32,000 bases of DNA, from contig NC_010814.1 of assembly GCF_000020385.1 (NCBI RefSeq), positions 570,001-602,000 on the forward strand. Direction: 5' to 3'. The notes beneath the pieces are model-generated. The model was given only the letters and a program-made list of their open reading frames with translations. It was not told the DNA's origin and did no database searches. This document shows, piece by piece, positions 8,107-15,488 of this stretch. The DNA is from Trichlorobacter lovleyi SZ. GTDB lineage: Bacteria > Desulfobacterota > Desulfuromonadia > Geobacterales > Pseudopelobacteraceae. Positions within the stretch are counted from its first letter, which is position 1. Each line of letters begins with the position of its first letter. Made by a program: the position numbers and the translations under genes.

Positions 8107-9852
8107 ATGTCATTCCGCTGGAAGCTGTTTCTGTCCTATATCGCACTCTCGCTGCTGATTGCCGGCGGCGGATTCGGCTACGTCAACCATCTGCTTGAAC
8201 AGCGGCTGGTGGAAGAGAGCCGCTCCAACCTGCAGCAGCAGGCCCAGCTGGCAAGACTACTGGCTGAGCAACAGCGTGCATTGCCTCCACAGGCCCTGGC
8301 CCATAAGCTCGGGGCAGCCATTAAGGCCCGCGTGACCCTGATTGCTGCAGACGGGAGAGTGGTGGGTGACTCCGACGTGCGGGATGATCAGGTTGGTAGT
8401 CTTGAGAACCACCAAGGCAGGCCTGAGGTACAGCAGGCCCTGAAGACCGGCTCCGGCTGGTCCATCCGCTACTCGGATACCCTGCGTACCACCATGCTGT
8501 ATGTGGCGCTGCCGTTACCTGCCGGCGATGCCTCGGTCATCCGCCTGGCCCTGCCGCTGGAATACTTTGATGCCGCCAAACGGGCCCTGCACAATCTGCT
8601 GGGAGGGGCCGTCACGCTGCTGCTGTTTTCTTCGCTGCTGCTCAGTATTTTTCTCTCCCGGATCACCGCCAAGCCGTTGCGTGAGATAGCCGATGCAGCC
8701 GCCCGGATCGGGGTTGGTGAGCGGGGGGTGCGGATAGCGATGGGCAAGGGAGAGGAGATTGACTACCTGGCCCGTGTCCTGAATGAGATGGCAGCCCGGA
8801 TTGAAGAGCAGATGCACAAGCTGACCTCGGAACAGCAACGCCTGGCAGCCATCCTGCGTGGTATGGGTGAAGGGGTAATGGTGACCGATACCAAGGGGAA
8901 TATCATCCTGGTCAACCCTGCCTTCCGCAAACAGTTCGGCCTGCCGGGAGAGGTGGAGGGGCGTCCGCTGGTTGAGGTCTGCCGGCATCCCGACCTGCTG
9001 CAGGCCTTTGAAGAACAACGTGAATCAGGCGATGAAGTCAGTTGCGAGATCACCATCCCGATCACCAATCTGGTGCTGATGGCCCACTGGGTGCCGTTGA
9101 CCCGTGACAGCGGCAACCGTGGTACCGTGGCGGTTTTCCACGATATCAGCGATCTGAAGCGGGTAGAAACCATGCGCCGTGATTTTGTGGCCAATGTCTC
9201 CCATGAGCTGCGCACCCCGGTCGCCGTGATCAAGGGCTATGGCGAGACCCTGCTGGATGGCGCCTTGGAAGAGTCACCGGAACGTTCGCGCCGTTTTGTC
9301 GAGATTATCGTCAGCCATGCCGAGCGTCTGACGAACCTGATCAATGATATCCTGACCCTCTCCAAGCTTGAGGCGCGGGATGCGGCTCTGACCCTGCATC
9401 CCCTGGATCTGTGCGGTACCATCCGCAAGGCCCAGATGCTGATGGAGGACCATGCCCGCAGCAAGGGGATCCGTATTGCTGCTGAATGCCCTGACGGGAT
9501 GCCCAAAGTGCTGGCAGATCAGGGACAGCTGGAACAGGTACTGCTGAACCTGCTGGATAACGCCATCAAGTACACCCCTGACGGCGGTGATGTGACCGTT
9601 GCTGCCCGGCTGGAGCAGGAACGGGTGGTGGTGGCGGTAAGTGATACCGGCATCGGTATTCCTGCCAGGGATCTGCCCCGCATCTTTGAGCGGTTTTACC
9701 GGGTTGATGAAGGGCGCAGCCGTGAACAGGGCGGCACCGGCCTGGGGCTGGCGATCGTCAAGCATATCGTGCAGCTGCATGGCGGTGAGGTGCAGGTTGC
9801 CAGCGAGGCCGGCAAAGGCAGCACCTTTACGGTGACCCTGCCAACCGTCTGA
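8107..9852 (+). CDS. phoR: Phosphate regulon sensor histidine kinase (TM-periplasmic domain-TM-HAMP-PAS-HisKA-HATPase)
   Basis: The H-box is DFVANVSHELRTPVAVIKGY (E. coli PhoR has NFFANVSHELRTP). The N/G boxes are LLDNAIKYTP...DTGIGI...GGTGLGLAIVKHIV. The gene starts 2 nt after the phoB stop. Confidence 0.85.
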   Translation: MSFRWKLFLSYIALSLLIAGGGFGYVNHLLEQRLVEESRSNLQQQAQLARLLAEQQRALPPQALAHKLGAAIKARVTLIAADGRVVGDSDVRDDQVGSLENHQGRPEVQQALKTGSGWSIRYSDTLRTTMLYVALPLPAGDASVIRLALPLEYFDAAKRALHNLLGGAVTLLLFSSLLLSIFLSRITAKPLREIADAAARIGVGERGVRIAMGKGEEIDYLARVLNEMAARIEEQMHKLTSEQQRLAAILRGMGEGVMVTDTKGNIILVNPAFRKQFGLPGEVEGRPLVEVCRHPDLLQAFEEQRESGDEVSCEITIPITNLVLMAHWVPLTRDSGNRGTVAVFHDISDLKRVETMRRDFVANVSHELRTPVAVIKGYGETLLDGALEESPERSRRFVEIIVSHAERLTNLINDILTLSKLEARDAALTLHPLDLCGTIRKAQMLMEDHARSKGIRIAAECPDGMPKVLADQGQLEQVLLNLLDNAIKYTPDGGDVTVAARLEQERVVVAVSDTGIGIPARDLPRIFERFYRVDEGRSREQGGTGLGLAIVKHIVQLHGGEVQVASEAGKGSTFTVTLPTV

Positions 9853-9907
9853 CCGGTGGTTGTACTATTGTCAAAATGCGCTAAACTTTTTTAAGGAGGC
9901 CCTGTTC

Positions 9908-10420
9908 ATGGTGATCTATCTGGTACGGCATGCAGAGGCGGTGGAGCGGTCCGAAGGGCTTGATGACGGGGTGCGCTGGCTCACCCGGAAAGGGCGCAAG
10001 GCGACGCAGAAGGCCGGTTCCCGCCTGCACAGGAAACGGGTGCGGCCGGATCTGGTCATTACCAGTCCCCTGACCCGTGCCGTACAGACCGCCGAGCTGC
10101 TGATGGCGGCGCTTGGCGAGCGTACCGAATTGATTGCCGACAGCGGACTGGCGCCTGACGCGACCCTGGAACAGCTGATAGCGTTGATCACGAGCCGTCG
10201 AAAGCTTGGCAGTATCATGCTGGTGGGACATGAACCGCTGCTTGGCCAGGCAGCTGCCCTGTTACTGGGCAGGGAAGAGGTGGCCGGGCTTGCCAAGGGG
10301 GGCTGTCTCTGTCTTGAACTGCGTGACAAACCGGACAAGCCGGCCCGCTTCCTCTGGTATGCCCCGGTGAGCGGCAAACTGATCAGTTCGGCAAAGAAAG
10401 CCCTTGTCCCCAAACCGTAA
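9908..10420 (+). CDS. sixA: Phosphohistidine phosphatase SixA (histidine phosphatase superfamily)
   Basis: I moved the start to the ATG at 9908, with AAGGAGG at 9893-9899. The catalytic RHG-type motif is LVRHAEA, and later motifs are SPLTRAVQTAE and GHEP. At 170 aa the size is typical of SixA. Confidence 0.8.
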   Translation: MVIYLVRHAEAVERSEGLDDGVRWLTRKGRKATQKAGSRLHRKRVRPDLVITSPLTRAVQTAELLMAALGERTELIADSGLAPDATLEQLIALITSRRKLGSIMLVGHEPLLGQAAALLLGREEVAGLAKGGCLCLELRDKPDKPARFLWYAPVSGKLISSAKKALVPKP

Positions 10421-11282
10421 CCGGCATAGCGGGGAGTCCTGCCCGCTGCCCGGCAGCCGCCAGCTGCTGGAGGCATATGCCGGCTGCCTGACAGCACGCT
10501 GGGACGGGCTGTTGCAGCTGCGTTACCGGACGTTGAACTGTTTTGATGTTGAGCATATCCATGACCTGCGGGTAGCCAGCCGCCGTCTGCGCGGGGCCAT
10601 TGAACAGCTGGCTCCGTTTGTCGGGACGGAGCGGATGGATCGCTTGCGGCGGCCGATCAGGAATCTGACCCGTGAACTGGGGCGGGTACGCAACCTTGAT
10701 GAGGCCCTGCTCTATCTGTCTCAAACCGGTCTTAACGGTCTGGAGCCGTTGCTGAAGTCCCTTGAGCAGCAGCGGAAACAGGAGGCGGCACAGACCCGGC
10801 GGTCGCTGGAACTGCTGGACTGCATCAAGCTGGAACGCCGGATCCGCGCTGCAGCAGCAGCACTGGTAACGCCGGATAACGTTGCTTCACAGGGGCTGCT
10901 GGCGTTGCTGTCCGAGCGCAATCTGACCCTCTACCGTCCGATTCATGCCCTGCTGCCGCTGGTGGCGGCACCGGAGATGGTGGAGGAACGGCATGCCCTG
11001 CGGATTGCGGTCAAGAAATGGCGCTATTTTAACGAGCTGCTGCATGATCTGCTGAAAAGGCCGCAGTCTGATCTGCTGGAACTGCTGCGTCAGTATCAGA
11101 CCCTGCTGGGTGATATGAACGACCGGGTGGTGATTGCGGCCCTGCTGCGTGAGGCAGTTGATCTGGCTGAAACGGTGCGGGAAACCGCCCTGGGCGGTAT
11201 CGCCCGTGAGCAGCGCAAGCTGCTTAAAAAATTATCTGCCCTGCTGGATGAAAAACCGATCCTGTATCACTTTGAGCTGTAA
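10404..11282 (+). CDS. CHAD domain protein (polyphosphate-granule associated family)
   Basis: CHAD signature helices are present: EHIHDLRVASRRLRGAIEQLAPF and HALRIAVKKWRYFNELL. The track start is a TTG at 10404 that overlaps the sixA end, so the exact start is uncertain. Confidence 0.8.
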   Translation: MSPNRNRHSGESCPLPGSRQLLEAYAGCLTARWDGLLQLRYRTLNCFDVEHIHDLRVASRRLRGAIEQLAPFVGTERMDRLRRPIRNLTRELGRVRNLDEALLYLSQTGLNGLEPLLKSLEQQRKQEAAQTRRSLELLDCIKLERRIRAAAAALVTPDNVASQGLLALLSERNLTLYRPIHALLPLVAAPEMVEERHALRIAVKKWRYFNELLHDLLKRPQSDLLELLRQYQTLLGDMNDRVVIAALLREAVDLAETVRETALGGIAREQRKLLKKLSALLDEKPILYHFEL

Positions 11283-11303
11283 TCAGCACAAGGAGCCCGC
11301 CTG

Positions 11304-12863
11304 ATGACCAAAGACCGCCTCGCCGCCATTGATATCGGTACCAACTCCATCCGCTGCATTGTGGTTGAGTGCAACAAGGATGGCAGTTTCCGCATTCTTG
11401 ATGATGAGAAGGATACGGTGCGGCTGGGAGAAGGGATTGCCGAGACCGGTGAGATCTCCGCGGCTGCCGTGGCGCGGGCCGAGGCCGCCCTGACCAGGAT
11501 GCACAAGCTGGTGACCGGCCTCAAGGTCAAGGCGATCGATGCGGTAGCCACCAGCGCCATGCGTAAGTCTGCCAACGGTCCCCGGCTGGTCAAACGCTTT
11601 TCAGAGCTGCTGGGCAGTGAGATCCGGGTCATCTCCGGTGATGAAGAGGCTGCCCTGGCTGCCCAGTCGGCCCTGCGCAACTTTGATACCCACGGTAAAC
11701 GCTTTGGCGTGATTGATGTGGGGGGGGGCAGCGTGGAGCTGATCACGGCCCAGGGGGTGCATGTGGAGGAGTTTTACTCCTTTGAGCTGGGCGCCGTGGT
11801 GATGACCGAACAGTTTTTCCGGGTTGACCCGGCCCGTGACAGTGACTATCGCAGGTTTCAGAAGCATGTCCGGGAGATCATCAAAAAGCAGCTGGACGGC
11901 GACAAGCTGGTGCTGCCCACCCTGATCGGTTCCGGCGGCACCATCAACGCCATTGCCCAGATGGCGTTGCAGCTGCGTCGCAATCCGGTGGAAAGCGTGC
12001 ATGGCCTTGAGGTGTTGCGTTCAGAGGTGGTGCATCTGCTGGCCATGCTGCAGCGGCGCGACATCAAGGGGCGCCGGGAGGTGGCGGGACTCTCTCCGGA
12101 CCGGGCCGATATCATCGTGGCCGGTGTGGGGCTGGTGGATACCATGATGGAGCTGTTCAACGCCAACACCCTGCTGGTGAATGCCCACGGCGTCCGTGAA
12201 GGGATGATTCTGGAGGCGATCAAGCGGCGCGGTATGGCGCCGGAAGCAGCCTCGCCCCGCTCATGGCGCGAATCGGTGATCAGCTTCGGCCAATCCTGCC
12301 AGATGGATGACATGCACTCCCAACAGGTGGCAACCCTTTCACTGGCCCTGTTTGATCAGCTGGCTGATCATTTCGGTCTGAAAAAACGGGAGCGGGTGCT
12401 GCTTGAAGCAGCGGCCCTGTTGCACGATATCGGTTACTACATCAGCTATCACAGCCATCATAAACACTCCTGCCACCTGATCCGCCATGCCGAACTGTTC
12501 GGCATCACCCCCCGTGAACGGGAAATGGTGGCGGTGATCGCCCGTTACCATCGTAAATCGCTGCCCAAAAAGAAACATGATGAGTTTCAGCGCCTGACCG
12601 TCAAGGAACAGGCAACGGTCGGCCGTCTGGCCGGGATTCTGCGCATGGCGGACGGTCTTGACCGGCGGCGCTGTTTCGCGGTCAGCGGGCTGCAGTGCAG
12701 GGTTGAGGGCAATCTGGTGCAGCTGGTGCTGAGCGGTGCGGAAGACCTGGCCGTGGAGCTGTTCGGCGCTAGCGCAAAAAGAGACCTCTTTGAAAAGAGT
12801 TTTGGCGTGCAGGTGCTGTTTGTGACCCAGGCGGCCTGTGCCGTCACAGAAAAGGAGCTGTAA
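11304..12863 (+). CDS. ppx: Exopolyphosphatase / guanosine pentaphosphate phosphohydrolase (Ppx/GppA) with C-terminal HD domain
   Basis: The ASKHA phosphate-1 motif is AAIDIGTNSIRCIVVE, with later motifs VIDVGGGSVEL and IGSGGT. The HD region is LLHDIGYYISYHSHHKHS. AAGGAG lies upstream of the ATG at 11304. Confidence 0.9.
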   Translation: MTKDRLAAIDIGTNSIRCIVVECNKDGSFRILDDEKDTVRLGEGIAETGEISAAAVARAEAALTRMHKLVTGLKVKAIDAVATSAMRKSANGPRLVKRFSELLGSEIRVISGDEEAALAAQSALRNFDTHGKRFGVIDVGGGSVELITAQGVHVEEFYSFELGAVVMTEQFFRVDPARDSDYRRFQKHVREIIKKQLDGDKLVLPTLIGSGGTINAIAQMALQLRRNPVESVHGLEVLRSEVVHLLAMLQRRDIKGRREVAGLSPDRADIIVAGVGLVDTMMELFNANTLLVNAHGVREGMILEAIKRRGMAPEAASPRSWRESVISFGQSCQMDDMHSQQVATLSLALFDQLADHFGLKKRERVLLEAAALLHDIGYYISYHSHHKHSCHLIRHAELFGITPREREMVAVIARYHRKSLPKKKHDEFQRLTVKEQATVGRLAGILRMADGLDRRRCFAVSGLQCRVEGNLVQLVLSGAEDLAVELFGASAKRDLFEKSFGVQVLFVTQAACAVTEKEL

Positions 12864-12865
12864 AC

Positions 12866-13063
12866 ATGGCAACCAGGGAACAACGTTACGCTGCAATTGC
12901 TGCCAAGATGAGGTGTCAGCAGATCCCCGATCTGCCGCTTAAACATGAATGGCTTGAGCTGCTGACCCGGCTTTCCCGCCAGGATGATGACCAGTTGCGG
13001 GAGCTGGGCATCACTGAACTGAGAATCTGCGCCGACCGGGCAACCCGTAACTGCCATGACTGA
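12866..13063 (+). CDS. Hypothetical 65-aa protein, translationally coupled between ppx and the DUF155 gene
   Basis: The ATG is 2 nt after the ppx stop, with AAAGGAG 8 nt upstream. Its stop overlaps the ATG of the next gene by 8 nt. I recognise no family. Confidence 0.55.
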   Translation: MATREQRYAAIAAKMRCQQIPDLPLKHEWLELLTRLSRQDDDQLRELGITELRICADRATRNCHD

Positions 13064-13892
13064 AGCGGCGGCCGGCCTGTACAGCTTTACGGCCTTTGCC
13101 GTTGGTGGCGATCTTGACCTGAACCGCCTGGCGGTACGGCTGGGGATTGACCGCAAGTACCGCTGGGAAGAACCGATGCGTCTCAATCCGGTCACCTTTA
13201 CGCCATCCGCCGGTAGCGACGCCGTCTGGGTCTACCTTTTTTATTTCGGCGGCATTGTCTTTCTGAACTGCAGCGATGACATTATTGCCCGCTGTATCGA
13301 AGGACTGAAACAGCATCTGGAGCAGCTGAGGGAACAGCCGCAACTTCGCTTCCGGGAAGACTACCGGCTGGAGATCACGCCGGACGGTGAACCGTCCATC
13401 ACCAACGACTGCGCGGTGATGCCGGTCTTTAAACAGGAACTGCTGGAAATTATCTGCTTTGTGATTGCAAAGTCGGTGGCCCTGGAGCGGATTGAAGAGC
13501 ATGTCGACGCCGTCTTTGACGAGGTGGGTGTCATGATCAGCCGCCTGGGGCAGGGGGTGCTGGAGCTGCCGGACAAGCGGCTGGCCAAACTGGCGTCGGT
13601 GGTGCTCGGTTTCAAATACACCTCCATTGCCCATATCATGGTGCTGGACAAACCTGAGAGCACCTGGGACAACGAAGAGGCAGACCGTTTTTACCTGACC
13701 ATCTCCAACCTGTTTGAACTGCGCCCCCGCTATCAGGAGATCAAGCACAAGGCCGAGACCCTGCTGGATGTCACCGATGTCTTCTCCTCCCTCTCCCACG
13801 CCCGCCGCTCCGCCCGCCTGGAGTGGATCATCATCATCCTGATCGCCTTTGAGATCATCATGGCCCTCTGGCAAAAGTTCTGGGGCGGTTGA
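13056..13892 (+). CDS. RMD1 / DUF155 family protein with C-terminal TM helix
   Basis: The overall layout fits bacterial RMD1/Sif2-like DUF155 proteins: YSFTAFAVGG..., FYFGGIVFLN, a conserved central region, and a terminal hydrophobic helix LEWIIIILIAFEIIMALW. At 278 aa the size also fits. Confidence 0.75.
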   Translation: MTEAAAGLYSFTAFAVGGDLDLNRLAVRLGIDRKYRWEEPMRLNPVTFTPSAGSDAVWVYLFYFGGIVFLNCSDDIIARCIEGLKQHLEQLREQPQLRFREDYRLEITPDGEPSITNDCAVMPVFKQELLEIICFVIAKSVALERIEEHVDAVFDEVGVMISRLGQGVLELPDKRLAKLASVVLGFKYTSIAHIMVLDKPESTWDNEEADRFYLTISNLFELRPRYQEIKHKAETLLDVTDVFSSLSHARRSARLEWIIIILIAFEIIMALWQKFWGG

Positions 13893-13940
13893 CGTAGCAG
13901 CGTTGCCTGCTACACTTGGGGCGAACCGGGGAGGTTCGTC

Positions 13941-15362
13941 ATGATGTTGATGGTGCCGGCACAGGTACGGAATGCCAGTCTGCGGATTGTGGCCATTTAT
14001 GCCTTCTTCGGGGCAATGTGGATACTTGTCTCCGATACGGTTGTGGGCTGGCTGGTGAGCGATCCTGCAATCCTGACCAGGGTGGCGCTTTTCAAGGGCT
14101 GGCTGTTTATTCTGCTTACCTCGTTACTCCTCTACAAACTCATCTCTTCTGACAACCAGAAACTGGCAAGGGCAACCGCCCTGCTGCAGGGCAGTGAAGA
14201 ACGCTTTCATACCATCTATGATTCGCTCAACGACGCCATCTTTATCCATGATGCAGAAACGGGCCGTATCCTGGATGTGAACGAGACCGCCTGCCGGCTC
14301 TACGGTTATGGCCGTGAGGAGCTGCTGAACAAGGGACTGCAGCAGTTGGGGACGGGAGAGCCGCCCTATAGCGGGGCAGAGGCCCTGGCCTGGATTCAGC
14401 GCTGCGCCGAAGGCACTCCCCAGACCTTTGAATGGATCACCGCCACAAGATATTCCAGCCGTCTGTGGGTTGAGGTCAGCATGCGTCGCGCAACCCTTGA
14501 CGGTGAAAACCGGATTGTGGTGATGGTGCGGGATATTTCCGAACGCAAGCAGGCTGAAGAGCAGCTCAGTCTGCAGCAGGCGCAACTGGAGGAACTGAAC
14601 CGGACCCTTGAAAGAAGGGTCAATGAGGCGATTGCCGAGCTGCGGCAGAAGGATGAGCTGTTGCTGCAGCAGAGCCGCCATGCCGCCATGGGAGAGATGC
14701 TGAACAATATCGCGCATCAGTGGCGGCAACCGCTTAACAACATTGCAATCTACGTCCAGAGTATGCAGCTGCTGAAGGCCTCTCACGAGCTGACCGACGA
14801 GCAGATTCAGAGCGATGTCCAGAACATCATGGCAATCATCAATTACATGTCGAAGACCATAGATGATTTCCGTACCTTTTTCAGAAACGAAAAACAGAAA
14901 CATCCGTTTTCCGTGTCAGAGGCGGCGGGCAAGGCAATCAGCTTTGTCTCGGCGCAGATGGATCATTACGGCATAAGCTGCCGCCTGGTTGTCCACGATG
15001 AGCTGACGGTTAACGGCTATCAGGCCGAGTATATCCAGGTGGTACTGAACATCCTCAACAACGCCATTGATGCACTGAACCACAGCGGCAGCCGGGATAA
15101 GCGGATTCTGGTCAGCATCAGTGCAGAGCACAACAGGGCGGTCCTGGCGATTCAGGACAACGGCGGCGGGATCCCCCCCGAAGCCTTGCCTCACATCTTT
15201 GAGCCGTACTTTACCACCAAGGGACCGGGGGAAGGAACCGGCATCGGTCTCTACATGGCAAAGAGTATCATTGAGAAGCATATGGCAGGCAGCCTGTCCG
15301 CACGTAACAGGTCCGAAGGGGCCGAATTCCGCATCTGCCTGCCGTCAGCTGACGTCGCCTGA
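13941..15362 (+). CDS. PAS-domain sensor histidine kinase (2 TM, PAS, HisKA-like, HATPase)
   Basis: ATG at 13941, with GGGAGG upstream. The PAS segment is FHTIYDSLNDAIFIHDAETGRILDVNETACRLYGY. The H-box is NNIAHQWRQPLNNI. The ATPase boxes are NILNNAIDAL...DNGGGIP...GTGIGLYMAKSI. Confidence 0.9.
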   Translation: MMLMVPAQVRNASLRIVAIYAFFGAMWILVSDTVVGWLVSDPAILTRVALFKGWLFILLTSLLLYKLISSDNQKLARATALLQGSEERFHTIYDSLNDAIFIHDAETGRILDVNETACRLYGYGREELLNKGLQQLGTGEPPYSGAEALAWIQRCAEGTPQTFEWITATRYSSRLWVEVSMRRATLDGENRIVVMVRDISERKQAEEQLSLQQAQLEELNRTLERRVNEAIAELRQKDELLLQQSRHAAMGEMLNNIAHQWRQPLNNIAIYVQSMQLLKASHELTDEQIQSDVQNIMAIINYMSKTIDDFRTFFRNEKQKHPFSVSEAAGKAISFVSAQMDHYGISCRLVVHDELTVNGYQAEYIQVVLNILNNAIDALNHSGSRDKRILVSISAEHNRAVLAIQDNGGGIPPEALPHIFEPYFTTKGPGEGTGIGLYMAKSIIEKHMAGSLSARNRSEGAEFRICLPSADVA

Positions 15363-15488
15363 ACATCTGCCCGGCCCGCCCTGCCGCTTTCTGAAAATTT
15401 TATAAAGATGTAACCTCACAGCCGCAGAACGGTAAAACCCTTCCCGTATGGTGACCTGTCTCATCACCATAACGCAGGGGGGTATCAC

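Noticed and set aside
13894-13913. Hairpin GTAGCAG-cgttgc-CTGCTAC after the DUF155 gene as a terminator
   Set aside because: The stem is only 7 bp with no U-tract, and the next gene starts 28 nt later. It is probably not an efficient terminator.
15456-15473. Pho-box-like CTGTCTC-ATCA-CCATAAC upstream of the phosphatase lipoprotein gene
   Set aside because: It ends only 15 nt before the start codon, which leaves no room for a -10 box, TSS and SD. Weaker heptads lie at 15391-15437. Regulation by PhoB remains plausible, but this site cannot be called from sequence alone.
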